Notes: generated from the letters alone by a model not told the origin. Shown: positions 38,498 to 53,490, counted from the stretch's first letter. The stretch: 64,000 nucleotides of DNA from Phoronis australis (GCA_002633005.1 NMRA01000782.1:46404-110403); one strand, 5' to 3'. Numbers and translations: made by a program.

Positions 38498-41400
38498 CTA
38501 GAAATCAACCTGGATGAGTGGACGAGTGACATGTCCAGCCATCACCTAATCAGAACCTCCAGGATAATGTTACACTTGACAACTTTTGAAAATACTGGAG
38601 ACAACCAAATTACATGGAAGAAATGGGATAGAAGCACGGATGTAAAGTCCAATCAATGCGTTTGCTGGCTCAGGATGCAACCAGGCATTTGTGACTCTAG
38701 TAGCCAACATAAAGCTGTACACCATAGTTCTTGCCCATTGTCCAGTTGACAATACACTTCTGGTTAGCCTCACAACTCTTACTATCAAAACTGTCACGCT
38801 TTTTGACACAGGTGAAATATATATTTGTGATTCTACACACAACATACACATAACACACTAAACAACAGTCAAACATTAACATTCAAAAAATAAAAAGGAA
38901 CGCTTTTGACTGTTGCTACAGACATTTCTAGCATTTTAACACAGACCCTGATGTCCCACTTTAAGCCCGCGTCTGCCTGTTTTAAATGTGGTGATCTATT
39001 TTTTCACTCTTAAAGAATAGCAACTATGGCACAGAATTATTTGCCTTTCAACCAACAGCCAAAGGTGAAGAAAACCTGTCAAATGAAATTGGTATTGGCA
39101 GTGTGTCATAACACAAAGACCTAACATAAACAAGCAATCAAATAAACCCCTGAGTTGGCACTATGATTGGGTGGGTGTTGGTTTACATTTGGCCATGCTA
39201 CACCAGAGCCAGCACCAGTCACACCTTGTAAATTGATGGTTCGTGTGGTTAACATGCAATACTATTGTCAGAGCAATGCAAGCACACTGCACAAAACACA
39301 ATAATCCCAAATAGTGATTTTTGACTACAAAAACAATACCAATACTTTTAAATCTTCAAGTGCAAACATGATCAGGAATCTACCCTTTATTCCCATGGAC
39401 AGCAAATCAGTGTAAAAAGTAAAACAAAAAGTCTTGGATCTCAAAAATGCATCTGAAATATTTGCATCCAGGATAAATTACATTGAAAATTCCACAATTT
39501 AATCTCCAGGTGTCAAAGTCTCTACTCATCTACACAGATGGGAGTTAATTATAAACCTTAAAGTAGCAATCATCAACTAGCAAACAGACTGGAACACTAT
39601 TTCCAGGAATATCTCCACCATTTCCTCTCCATTCCAGCATATCTTCTCAATATTGGCTACATGTAAGTCATCACAGAGCACCTGTTGTCATTCATGCCAT
39701 AATAGCCCCAATGGACCAGGAGAGATGGTTTTTAAAGCCTGCAGAATAGCTTGTAAAACAAGAAGATTTACAGAGATGGTGATATGATAGAGCGCCAGTC
39801 AATTACTTCAGCATAAGGTGCTGGAGTTCATTTCAATGTTAGGCCATACCAGGCAGTAGTGACAGAGAATGAAAACTCAAAGAATTTTCCATAAATTACA
39901 CCACTTCTATGTCGTATTGGGGAAATTGGCAACTGGAATTACTTTAACCAAGTTAGAAATAATTACATCAATGTGAAGACTTGTACTATTTTGGATAATT
40001 CTGCTGTAGTCAGTTGCAGGAAACAAATAACTGTGGTTTAGAACTTGTCATGTATCATCAAGAAAAAACTTGACCCTTTCAAATGGTTCCTGCATGCTGG
40101 TCACCTTGATTCAAAATTTCCTGAAGCATCTGATGTCCAACACAGCCCAGACATTTTGTACTTTTGGCGGTTGATTTCCTGAGAACTACTGGACAAACCT
40201 TGTCATGGAATGGGACCAGAGAAATTCGGAGTGGGACTTTAAACCTTCATCTATCAATCCAAGTACAGTCTGCTGCAAATTCATGATAGGATAATTAAAT
40301 TATCAGCCAATCATAGAATTTTACAACTGTCTGGCAAGGAACCACATAGTTTTGAGAAGAGGGACATAGAACACATTACTACCACACACGGTAATATTAG
40401 AAGTTCACTATCCCCAATGAAAACACAGGTAAGCATGTCAGAAACTTGAAAAGCATTCATTGCAGGCACAACTCCTTCGCAGCTAATCATTTATTTCATT
40501 TCAGCCAGTAATTGAGAGTATTAAGGTTGTAAGTGAAATTAGTTAGCAATGTTCTTTTCTGTACAGTGACGGACTACAAACTTTTATAGAATACGTAGAA
40601 AACGCCTTTTAAAGGGTCAAAATCGGTTTCAGGGCAAAAAATGTTTATTTTAAGATTATTGTCATCCATGATTGTCTCCTTGAAATTATCTTTGACCAGA
40701 GCTTTAAAAAAACAAAATCCAATTTTTTGTGATTTTATCAGAAATTGACAAATGCTCGACATTGGCTTCCAGCCATTCAGTAGAATAAATTGAAATGAAA
40801 GCTGATAACCTTGTGGGTTAGAATATGTCTTGGGGATGGTCTCAGATGTCATTTGATTTTTTTTAACTTTATTATTTTTCTAGGTCATAGAAACATTAAA
40901 ACTCAGAGTCCCAAAGACCAAGTATACTAGAAAGCACGAGTTTTTGTACTTTCGTTACAAGCAAACCTGCAGCCCATAGAGTTCTCTATCTCAACTTTCA
41001 ATAATGAATTGGACGTCAGACTTTTACTGGAGGTATCTGTAACATTCCTTTAATGTGAATCACATAGGTAGGGGCTTTCTAAAAAAATTCACCATTAAAA
41101 TGTGAAACCCAAACAGCAGCATCTTTGATTCATTGCCAGGAGAATAGTACATCCAAACCTGAATAGCTATGAATAAGTGTTTTCACTCAAAATGACTATC
41201 TCGCTAAAATCTCAAAACTTTAGGACACACATGGCGGACATTAGTAATTTCTTTATTTTTTCTTTTTTTTAATAGCCAATAAGTGGTGTACAATGAGTGT
41301 TTCATCATGTTGACGGTAGTTCAGACAACCTTTTGAGAAATTGTGGGAACTAACAACAATGTTAGGGATCGTTAGCAATCATCGCCAATCAAATGAGCGT

Positions 41401-44400
41401 ACAAATTGTTAGCTTTTTGGGGAGGGGGGGAGAGCTTGCTGCAAGCATGCACTATTGACATCATAAAAACATCAACATCAAATAACAGAAATCAATATTT
41501 TGGTTACTTTTTCACATCGTAAATACATGACTAACAACCTATACTTGAAATATCACACTCCACAAGGCAAAAACAAAATTAGCCCAAAGAGATACATATA
41601 AATAATGGTTCCTTTCTACATCATGCAAATGTAAAAAGCAACATTGGCATTTAACTTTAAATCACACCGTTTGTAAGTTTAACACATATAAAAACGTAGA
41701 CCTTACAAAAATATCGCAATTTTAGTACCCTTGATCTGAGAGAGGGAAGGAAACTATGGCTTGCTTGAGCTCACAGAAATGGAATTAATCGTGACCTTTT
41801 GGAAGCCTTTGAAAAATTGGAAATATCAGTTTTGGATGTTATTACTGTCCAAAATTGTTGAGAGATGGTTTGTGAAACATGCCTTACCGCACTCACAGGG
41901 CTGGGGTACCCTTCACTATACACTCAGAGTAAGTTCTGAGTGAAGATTCACCTCAACAATTGCCAAACTTAATGACTTCACTGAAGAGCTAGATGCCTGG
42001 GAGAGAAAACCTGACACAATACTGCTTCTATCTTAACCCTGTGGTGCATAATCAAAACCAGCAAGAGATGTGGAAATCAGATCCCCATTCTATGCTGGGT
42101 GCTGAATAAAAAACACAGAGGCAAAATTATTTCTCCGCATGTACTCACAGCTTGAAATGCTTCAACTAAAAAGCACAAACAAGCCAAAGACTGTCTATAG
42201 ATAAGAGCCAGGGCATCACAAATGCCGCTGGTTCTAGCACAGATGGAAAATGAGAAATCTATTCCACAGACAATATCACTGGCTTCAGGATGGTCTTCAG
42301 ATCCCAGTCTGTTGAGAGGACAGAAAGCAACATGTAAGACTAGATGGACATTAACTCTCAAATAAAGACAAAATAAAATAAAATAAAAATTAGTAAGACA
42401 GCAACCACTGTAAAAAGCATAACATCTCTAGTTCATTCAGCTTTCATAGGTGTCAGTGTGGAGCCAAATATGTATCCTCTCAGTCTCTCACTCCTGGAAA
42501 GAGACTTTAGATTACGCTTAAGTTTCCTGAAAATCCAACAGAAATAATTGCCAAAATAGTCAGTTTTTCCTTTTTCAATAGCTAACTGCATTGCCAACAA
42601 CGCTCAAAATTTCACCAGGTGTTTTTATGATAGATGTACAATGTAAATTGTGCAAATAATCAAATAACCTATTCTGACTGTTAATTCTTATCGAAAATGT
42701 TTCATAAAATAAAATTTCAAAATTACGCCATATTGTGCTGTAAATTGAAGAATCTTTACTATACTACAGTAATTACGCACTTTTTTCACACAGTGCCAAA
42801 AAATAAATTTTTGAAAGACGCAATGCTAAGAGTTGTTTATGTCATCTACACAGTACACTTACAGCCAATATTGGATTCAAATTTTCATTATCTTTATTTT
42901 TGTGGGGGACATTTGACAAAATAAGAGTTTCCCCGTGCCTGTTGTATTGTGTGCTACTTACCATATCCGTAGTAATTAACCTGCCTTCTCAAATTCAACA
43001 CAACGAGACAGCCAAGATTTTGTACTAGGCGAAAGCTTTTCATAGGTGTGAATAATTCTTACCCTACAGTGCTCAAATGGTGTTAATATAACAACACATT
43101 TAAAAACCATTCCACACCCTGGGAACACTGGTAAAATTAATGGAAACCTACACACCACCAGTTTCTCACTGCAATTATGGATTTTACAATTAGAAATTGA
43201 TAATGTTTAAAAACGAAGTAACTAGTAAACAGATCCCATCTGTTTTGCTTTTCCCACACTACATCTACAAGAATATAAACTGATTACAAAAAGAACAAAT
43301 TAAATTACCTGTGTCTTTTTTCTGATTACTACCTTGCTCATTGTGTCAATTCAGCAGATTTAAAAGCAAAGCTTCGAGTCACCGAAACTTCACCAAAGTT
43401 ATTGGTAAAGGACGCGTCAACGATATACAATCAAGCCAGATTTGCAAAATTTGTTCTCTATTATTACTGCGTAGCCAACCTGTTCTCTGTTAGATGCACT
43501 TAAATAAATAAATGATGAAGAACGACACTGACCATTTTCATAAAGACCCACAAATGGCAGGAGAACAATTTTTGGTTAGCCTCAAACCCACTATCCAATA
43601 TTCGTTTGAGAGTACAAATGAACTGTGCTGTCTGTAGTCTGAAAGGTAAGTGATGTTTGGGAAAGCTTCAATAAATGGAAGTTCTGCTAATGAGAAAGCC
43701 ACCTAAGCCACTACTTTGTTTTGATTACAGTCACAAATAGCTCCCACATAAATAATCAACATCTTCAATATATCCTGATGTTCACCCCTGCATGAAGAGT
43801 TACATAATAGTACATAACACTGATTACAGACACATGGCCACCTGCACAACCAGACCCAAAACATAAGTGCTTGGTTTATCCAGTTAACTCTGGTTATATC
43901 AAGTCAAATGGAAAAAAAATCTAGTTTTCACAGAATAAATATAACCATTTTTTCACAGAATTTTTAAATGTTTTTCCATCTAAATTATCAAGCTCATTCA
44001 ATGTAATGAAAATTGAAAGAGAAATGTTTCAAAACATTTTTTCAAAAATGTCAATACTAAAATTCAAATCGTCAAAGTGGAATTGTACCCCATCAGCTGA
44101 ACTTTACACCATGATCTAAAGAGTATGTATAAGTCTGACACCTTGCTGTGGGAATTCATGAACTATAATTCCCTTCTATTACAGCAGGTCCTGAAGCCAA
44201 TAATTGAGTTTACTGTGTCAACACTACCTCTGTTTCTGATACATGACCATAAAGGTGGGGGGGAGAAACAAACAGGGGGAACACCATTAAATAAACTCAT
44301 TACCTTTAACTGGCATCAGTGATCCTGTCAAGTCAAAAACTATGAATACTCAGAGAGAAAGGAGCCCGAAACCACACAAACAAGGTACCAAAAAGTTGTA

Positions 44401-47369
44401 TACTTACTGTCAAACCAGGTGACAAGATTCAGCAAAAACATCACCATTCTCAAAGGAAGTCTTCACAGGATATGATCAAGACACTAATGAGTGCTGACAT
44501 GTGCTGATAACTACAGGGGAAGGATTAAGTGTCTTAACACTTCCTTTGACAAATAGCTGATCAAGACATCTACACAGAAGCCAATTGGTAACTATTACAT
44601 AATATAATGTCACATCTGTTTGGGCAGAAGTAACATGTTAATTAAAATATGTCTGTGCTAGCTGTTGGGAATGGTCTAGAAATGAAACAAGTTTCTACCT
44701 TAATTCAAAATTATGTTTAGACATTTAAGTTATTGAGTTGAAAAAGGGGAAAGGCTTTAGAGGCCTCTATTGCACAAGTGTTGGCATCTAAGACTGTACT
44801 CCCTCGGTTGGTATTAAGGGGGTATTTAACTGAGCTTTCAGGCAAAGTAAGAAGTTTTGACAATAAGCCACTTCCTATGAACTAGTCACAAATTTTTCCT
44901 CATTCGTTATGCCGCCTGGACTTAAAATGAACGACTGATCCTCATTTCATCAAACTCATAAAATTTCAGGTCACAGCTTGATCTGTTTTATGAGCTTGCT
45001 GAAGAAATAACCATAATTCATTCCTACGCCCAGATATCATTTCCAGTAAAGAACAATTTGATACATTTACCACTTGGAATGTTTAGTTTCAGATTGATAA
45101 ATTTGTGAATAGGGGAACTTGTCTTGGTAACGTGACAAGGAATGAGACAGTCCATATTTCCTGTTGGTATGCTGGTCAGTTTGACAGCAACATAAACAGA
45201 GCCACCATTGACTCCGAGATAAGTCTCGTAAAGTTTATGTAATCTGGATTTAACACTGGCTACTGCCCAAGTGCTCAGGCTTGTCACGACCCGTGTAACA
45301 AAGGGTTTCCATGAGTCAGCACATGGCAATTACTGGCCGCAGCACTTTTTGAATTATACACATTATCAATATTTGCTTCATAATTCCTCAGGGTGGACGC
45401 AGATCAATGTAATTTTCATCAGGTGTAGCCGCAGTAGATCCCACTTGGCATTCGTTTGACCAGATGACATGTCTTAGTTTGTACTATAGGCGACTGCTTC
45501 CTCAGTCTTCATTACCCTAACTGAATTAATCATTTTCCTCCAAAGCCATCGAAGTATCAGAAACTATATGTATGATGGCGACATTTCCGGCAGCAGTAAT
45601 ACCTGAACGTTATGAAGCGCAAATGTGGGGTACAGTAGGCAACACGTAGCCCTCGGGAAGAGTATAGTGGCTATACTGGATAATGGGTCTGCGTGCAGTG
45701 AACTACAGTATACATGCAGAGAGAGGACTAAAACTTGAATTCCCCGTACGTAACCCCTAAGATAGATGAATAAACTATTCGTCTACAAACCTGCAGCAGC
45801 TGGCAGTTAAATATAAAGTGGACAAACTCAAACGATCTTCGTCTGCTTGCAACATTCGGGCAATAAAAAGATCATGTCACGTGCTCGCGGCACTCCACTG
45901 AGGGCGCGGTCCCCAAGCCCCATTTACCATCTGTTCAAAACACTGTAACTTGGCGTTCAAAGTGCCGCGAACTCGCTGGTCTACACACGATTACGAGACG
46001 GGTAATATGCTGTACCATTCGAGAGCAAGGAAACCCTGCTATAAATAGTGGCCCGTTGATGGATGGATGGTCAGGTTTTAATTTACAATGCATGAGAAAA
46101 CTAGCTTTCTGGCAATGTAATGTTTGAGATTAAGTCAACAATAGCAAGTCGTTCCTAATATTGGCCTCAGTGCAAATCGGAGCTGAATTTCGAACCAAAA
46201 CTGCGGGCAAACTGCACATGATTCAATTCATATTGGAAAACCTGGAAATGTGGCAACCAACGCTTTCGCGCCCATGGGGACGCCGCTGGTGCAGTAAACC
46301 TGCTCCACCACAGAAATTGTGGATCTGCAACTTATGTAGAAGTGAAATCTCGATTGAAATTTTCACCAGGTTAATAAAAAAACTAATTGTGTGATCCAAC
46401 ACGAGTAATTGGAGCATTCAGTTATTGTTGGAAAATAGTGACATGCAAAAACGACACGGTTTGCCGAGTCGTGTGAAAAAACAGGTCGTGAAAAATAAAA
46501 ACTCTTTATCCTGGAAAACCCTGGGTCAACAAAATCCCGCAATACGTGATTGTGAGAACCCTGAATACTATTAAGCGTTTTATGATTTATAGAAATATAT
46601 ACATACATGAAATTGTTGCATATGAGTTGTTTTGATTGAAAAGGCCTAAGTTTCTATGATCATTTAGAGGGTCCCACACTTTGAAAAAATAGTTTTCGCC
46701 TCAGAATAACTGGCATCAAGCTGGCCACAGGGTCTCAAAATCCGGGATCTCTATTATCCTTTTCCTGTCAGCTGAATTCAAGTTTCAGATAATCACTAAA
46801 TCAGATCGACCGACAAAATAGTCAATTGTTACATGTGCTGAGACGGCAGTCGTCAAGGATAACGGAAACATTAGTTAATTGCTTGACTCAATTTTGTTCA
46901 TCAAATCAACGAAAGAATAAACTCGGAGGAAATTTCGCTGGATTCGTGACTAACTGATCATTTGGAAACGTCATAGTAGGCGACTCATATCGCCGAGAGA
47001 CCTAGTCCGTGCGGTTTTTTCGTTGACTTCGAACATCAGTTGTTTGTCATTAGTATGACCTAATGAAGACGCAGTCGAGAACGGGAATATGTATGGGATC
47101 ATCTTCTTTTTCTAATCAAGCCCATACACCGTTCATTGACACCTTTTGAGCAGGCTGAAATCGTCCTCTATACCCATTTGCAGTCGATGTATAAGCGCTC
47201 AATGAATTCCACGTGCCAAACTTATTTATTTTGCTCGTTCAATTACCTCACCGCGCTCAGTCAATCGGAGAAATTAAGCTGTCCAAACCCTACGTCACAC
47301 CATTCGTGTGTGCGTTGGTTTGGGTTCATGTTGTAAGAGAATCGGTGCTTGTGATGGCGAATGTATGTG

Positions 47370-47523
47370 CAGTGGGGGAAGGGGCCAAGGGGGCCATGCC
47401 CCCTGAAATTTCCCCAGATTCCATTTGGCAGTTCGGGGGTGCGAATGTCTGACGGGAAAAATGCTGGCTAACACTCTGCCCTGCCCCCCCCCCCCCGAAC
47501 TCCAAATGCTGGATCCGCGTCTG
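47370..47523. mobile_element. hAT-like MITE, 5-bp target duplication
   Basis: CAG...GGATCCGCGTCTG ends; flanks ATGTG/ATGCG; internal sequence shared with 53491-53649. Confidence 0.7.
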
Positions 47524-50113
47524 ATGCGGTACTTAATGTCCACCAGATCTCATTCAACACATTACAGGAAACATATGCTTAATTAGTGACGCGCGACGGA
47601 TAAATTAAGAATCATTGATGTTAGTTCTAAACGATTAGATACAAAAGAAATTACCAGTTCGTGCGTATTGGATGAACGGCCACTAACCGCGGGGCCTATT
47701 CCGAGCGCTAAAGAATTTAGGGTTTCGCTCAGTATGGAGGGCGCGTGTCTTAGAATTCATGAAGTTTTTCACCGTTAATTGATAATTTCTTGTGATCGTT
47801 CTACAAGTTCTTAAGAGTTGTTAGCTGTTATTTCCTATGACAATTTGAATTATGAAGTTTAGGGCATGTACTTGAATAAATGTAAACATCTCATATTTAG
47901 CCTGTTAAAGAAAGTCCTCACATTGCGACTACTAGTTTCTGTTTTAATACTAACGGTTTTCAGCACTTAGCAGTATAGTATACAACCATCTTATACGCTG
48001 CTACGCATGACTCTTGCTACAGAGCTCACACAGAATAATTTTGCCCAGTTCAGCTGAATACTTTGCGATGCTCTAGCGACATGTCATTGGGAAATCGACG
48101 AAAGCTCAGAATCCTATTGGCTGAGATCGGAAAAGAGAGACGAAATGACCCGGATGATCTCATTAGGCAAAGGCATAAGGCAATAAAGGTAATGACATTA
48201 ATTCTTACACTACTTAATCTGATGCAACAGTTGCAGCAAATTGAGCGGAAAATATTTATTTTTCTGACAATGTGAAAACAAATGTAGAATGCGACTGCGT
48301 GGACAGTCCTCTGAAACTAAAGACGGGCGAAATCGGTCAGTTTTGCACATTTGCTAAATTTGAATACCATTCAGTAATTTTCATTTATACTTTTGCCGGG
48401 AGCAACGGATGCGAAATTGGAAGGGGGTTGGCCAGCACCACTACGTTTGGTCTCTGTGCGACCAGTTCTTCACTACTATATGCCACTGCCGTCACTCAAA
48501 AAAATCTGGGACCCATTCTATCCCAATATTACAGCCGAATGGTTTCCTTGTGATTCTCCAGCGGCAAAAAATATTGGACCCACCATTGACTAGTAAGTTC
48601 AAGTAATAATTTATGGTACGGTTATGACAAAAAGCCGCGAGAGCGCATCAAAAAAATGTCGACGGAACAAACTCAATCCGTCTTTCACACTCATTGAAAA
48701 TTCCTTATTCAATCCAAATCATAAATCCAAGAAGCTGTACGTTTTGAAAAAATATAATAAATTACCTGTCAGAAGAAACTTTCAAACGCTGCATTCATGT
48801 TTTGGAAAATATCCACGAAATCCTAACACAATGGTTCCTTGAAATCGTTGCTGGGCCAACCCCTTTTTTGCTGACGGTACTTGGCGAAGGAGTGCTTCAA
48901 TCAATGTGTTAACTTCGTGTTCCTGGTGAATGACGCCGAGCAATCAAGTGTGAGTGCTTGTACGTAATTTTGCCAGTTAAATCTAATACTCTTAAAAACC
49001 AATCTTGTTATCCGAAATACGCATTCTTGTCTCACCCATCGGTCTGCCAGAAGAGGTGATTTATCAAGAGCACCGGTTTGCGTCTGGCGAACATGAAAAG
49101 TTTAGATACCGTTTAACGTTAAACTCTCATCCGAACAGCGATTGGTTTCACCAATGAACTCAACCGTGGTGCGCATACCAGTGTCGAATTCACGAGCGTA
49201 TCGGACGGTGTTCGCTGGAATGGCTCGCGGTCTTCTGAGGATAAGTTTTATTGACTACATCTGATGGCCTTTTAAGTGCAAATTGAACTCAGTTGGTTAC
49301 ACACTGCCTGCTGCTTCAGAAGAACATACCGTTTGTTTTGTAACACAACAGTTTTCAAACGGATGCACATGTGTTGTGGTGTAAGAACCTGTCTTGTCAT
49401 TACTTGATGCAGCTTCAGCCTGGCAATTGCATGTTGATGAATTGGTCGGCCCCGTTTCGTTTTATTTTAAAGGGCCCACACAGGTAAAGAAAAATTGTGA
49501 ACTCCAAACTAGAATAAATCAAATTAGCGGCGGCAAATCCTCCGGGCGTTTGATTGAGTGACAGGTTATCCAGTAATCTTAACAACCCACTGTTTGGGAA
49601 CCCGCATGCCTGCACAAAANGCCCATGATGGTGTAGATGTTCTTGAAACAGGAACCTGTCACGGTAAGGAATATTATGATGCAATCGATGTTATGAGCGT
49701 AGAGGACCTTATTCGATTTTCGTGCTTAGACAGCTTATGACAGGGCAAAATGCAACTTTAAACTAGGAAGTTTCAACTTGGGGTCTCGCGCAAAATAGGG
49801 GTTCCATCTTGTCATGCAAGAAGCCCTCAAAAGATCGTGGGAACAGCTAGGTGCGAAGGGCAGCAAAGTTGCGACTAGTGTAGGAAAAATGGGGGCCCGG
49901 CCTCGTTGCCACAGGGGCATTTGGCAAAAGTTGTGGCGACCGCGGTCAGTTCAAAAATTGTGGCGAAAGGAGTGAGCCTCCAGAGATTTTGTAGCGTGGG
50001 GTGCTCGAGATTAATCCGACACTGTCGCTTAAAGTAATCTTCGCTTTACTCCATCGTTCCAGTATTTTATTATGTGTAATTGGGAAAGTTCACTCGCCTC
50101 TAGCAATGTTAGT

Positions 50114-50174
50114 CAACAACAACAACAGCAACAACAAACAAACAAACAAACAAACAAACAAACAAACAAACAAC
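50114..50174. repeat. (CAA)n/(CAAA)n microsatellite
   Basis: Directly visible. Confidence 0.95.
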
Positions 50175-50547
50175 CTCAAAACATGAAACGCTGCACTGGT
50201 TTTCAATTACGTCCTTGCATGGACCACCATTTATATCATTTAGTTGAGTATTGAAACATATGTATATTGTGGTGGGACTTTTGGTTGTTTCTGTATTTTA
50301 CTTTTTTAATACAGCCAAATAGCGTAAACACGAACATGACGACTGAAATCACGGACCTAATGAAGTTCACGGAATATTTGAAGTGGAAGTTTCGCCGCCG
50401 CCACCTTCCCTTATTCCAGCTTGGAGTGATTAGCGAGACCGGCCTGGACCATTTTAGCATGGCATAATATACATGTATAACAGGACAACTCATCCAGATA
50501 ATAATAATATGAAATGAACGGGACACGTCCTCGGGGAAAACTGACTG

Positions 50548-51079
50548 TGAAGCGCCAAAGGGTTCTGAGTAACTTTCTGCGATTTGAAGTATGCCTAATC
50601 AATGAGTAGTTTTGCTTAATCAACGCGTACTTTTTGTTCTCAAACAGTCATCGTTCTGTTCTTATTCAACGCGCACTTTTGCTTAATCACTCGCTGGTTC
50701 CCTGTGTGCCGCTAGGTGGGGCGGTAGCCGCGCCAGCACGCGTGATGGCTGGGCTAAGCACGCGGGGAACCAGCGAGGCTTAATCAACGCGTAGTTTTGC
50801 TTTAATCAACGCACTGGATTAGTTATTCGTCCAATCACAGCCAAGTTTCCGTTGTCTTCCGCTATTTTGAGATTTGAGAGCACGGCCGTCATTGGCTTAT
50901 GAAAACTGATCAAAACTGCATGTTGATTTAAAACAAAAGAACGCGTTGAATCTGAACAGAACGACGGTGTCGTTTTAAGAACTAAAAGTACGCGTTGATT
51001 AAGCAAAACTAAGCGTTGATTAAGCACATGTCAACGCACCCTGAGAAAGGTACTCGTTTAAGAACCTTTTGGCACTTCA
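50548..51079. mobile_element. Foldback-type MITE with long imperfect inverted repeats
   Basis: TGAAGCGCCAAAGGGTTCT...AGAACCTTTTGGCACTTCA ends; internal TTTTGCTTAATCAACGCGTAC arrays mirrored on both arms. Confidence 0.7.
50690..50777. mobile_element. 88-bp MITE with perfect 9-bp target duplication (Mutator-like)
   Basis: TIR CTCGCTGGTTCCC...GGGAACCAGCGAG; GCTTAATCA at 50681-50689 and 50778-50786. Confidence 0.85.
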
Positions 51080-52132
51080 TAATTGTCGTGTGTTGACGTA
51101 AGACGGCCGGGGCAACATTCATACGCATGTTGCCTGAAGACAGTGTCATGAACCTTCGCCACCCCAGGCTCCTCTTTGCTTTGTGGATGTATGAAGTCAT
51201 TTTCTCCAGACGGTGCCGTACTCCACGCTATTTCATCTTGTTTACACCAGCATACTTCCAGTGCTCTCGCCATATGTATACATGTATATAAACATGCCGC
51301 ATCGATAGAAAATGTCATTCTCCCTAACTAAAAACAAATATGTGGTCTTCACGTCATAAAACGGTGGGAAACTAACTTGAGAACTCGATAGGATGCAGTA
51401 ATTGTCATTTGCTGCAAATGCCATTGCGTTTAATCATGATCGCGAATCTAAATGAAAACTTGAACTGAGTCACTTTGGTGGATCAATAAAGTCATGTTTC
51501 AAGTTGGTCATTACAAATGTAAATTTAAACATTGTACTATGCATGAACATAGTGAGGTCATGGTGTTGAGGCACGATTGGAATATAAATCGCCCTTTGCT
51601 ACAATGTAGTTTGAATTTAATTATTTCAATTGTTCTTAGATTTTCTTCTGCATTTGTTTCAAGTATGAGCGCTATTTTATGTCTTGTAATCCAGGCTTCC
51701 AAATAAATTAAGTCCATTCATTCATTGTCAAATCGAAAACTGCAGACGACTCCGCAATCCCTAAACATGTAGTGCGCATTATGGTTTGTAGGCCAATATC
51801 GTACCCCAACTCTACCTAAAACAATTAAAGGTAAAAATCAACTGATACGGGAACCCCCAAATCCGTATACAGGCTTGCAATCACGGAGACGCGGATGGTC
51901 ATAGCGAGAGTGTTCATGTACGCCGGGTGTAAAGTTGAAGATGACGTTCACGTATCGATCAGAGAAAGTTGTGATGCACAAAGAAACACCGAGCTATGTG
52001 ACATGGTGCCACATCTGAGAAATAGCGATCCATGGTACAAAACTACACATTTACCGCTTATCCGCTGGCTACCTGGCAAAATAATTATAATTGATACTAG
52101 GGGACACGTGACAAGCTAGGCTGCCCAAAGGA

Positions 52133-52183
52133 CTCGCTGGTTGTGCGTGCCGCTAGGTGGTCAGTACGTAGGGGACCAGCGAG
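52133..52183. mobile_element. 51-bp MITE of the same family with perfect 9-bp target duplication
   Basis: CTCGCTGGT...ACCAGCGAG; CCCAAAGGA at 52124-52132 and 52184-52192. Confidence 0.85.
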
Positions 52184-53490
52184 CCCAAAGGATCGCGCGA
52201 CTCGTCAAGTAGAGACTTGTGTCCTCATTTTCACATTATGTCCTGCTTGAAAGAGTAAGATGAATAACGTGCAGCAGGGGTTGAGGGTTATGTCAGGATT
52301 CACACATGCAAATTTTTGATTTCACGATAGTATTTTTTACTTTTCACAGACCACGGCCGATATGCTCTCCTGGTCGGTCCACCGTAATCCCACACATTCC
52401 TGACTGCCGCCTCCGAATAAATTTTTCGCTCACTTTTTCATGCGTTCGGTCTAATTTCACTTTTCACGACATCCTAGACATACAAAATTATACTCGCCAG
52501 GCGCTGACCTTCAAATCCCTGATGGTCCACGGATACGAACGTACGTTCACTCACGGCCATTCAGCCACGTACATGCACTTAGGGTCATGACTGAACTGAG
52601 AAAAAGCCCATCGATTATCCCTTCAGTCACCAATAGTCGCAGCCTTGTGTACGCATAACCTGTTGACAGGAAGTCGCCAGATCATATCATAGGTTAACAG
52701 TCTTTCAAATTTCTGATAAATCAGACAAACAAATCAGCCTTCACCCATCAGGAACCCTTGATGAAGGATCCCCATTGCCCGGTCATATTAGGCGGACATA
52801 CTCTCACTGGGCCCAGCTGTGGCTGTGTCAGTCGAGATAACTAACAGTGGAAGAATCTTTGACCAAAAGTGAATTTGGGCAAAAGCGTAAACTCCGGCAG
52901 TCATGCTAGAGAAAACATGAATTTGTTTGTTAAAGTGAGGGACAATTCTTCAATGAACCTCAACAAAAGCCGGATTGCCGTCTTCATTGTGATTCTAGAG
53001 ACCACCGGACGGCGTAGGGTTTCACAATCACGCTGTTTAAAATCGTTTAAACTTTACTTTAAAGAGACCCGGAACGCGAAAAACGGTCTAAGTTGCACTC
53101 ATCAAGGTAGTCTCCGCAATTAACTGAAACAGAATTCAACCTGTTTACCGAGTATTTTTACAATTTGTTCGTATAGATTTTGAATTTCTGTTGATGTCAA
53201 AGCATTTTTTCTTTTAGATTCAAATAAAAAAAGATCTGTCAACTGCTCGTCACTTCGTTGATTTTCCTCCCACAAGGCAAAGCACGTCTCCTTATGTGGT
53301 ATGGGCAGACATAGACGCAGCAAATTTCCCTTACCGGGGTATATGGAAATTTCGTCACGCAGGGAAGTGAATAACTCTGTAGTAAAGGTTGCGAGATAGT
53401 ACTTTCGTTAGGAATTGTTTAAAAGATACTTTTGACGAGCTTTCGCGTTCCATGCATCTTAACATAAATAAAAGAATATAAGTTGCATCT

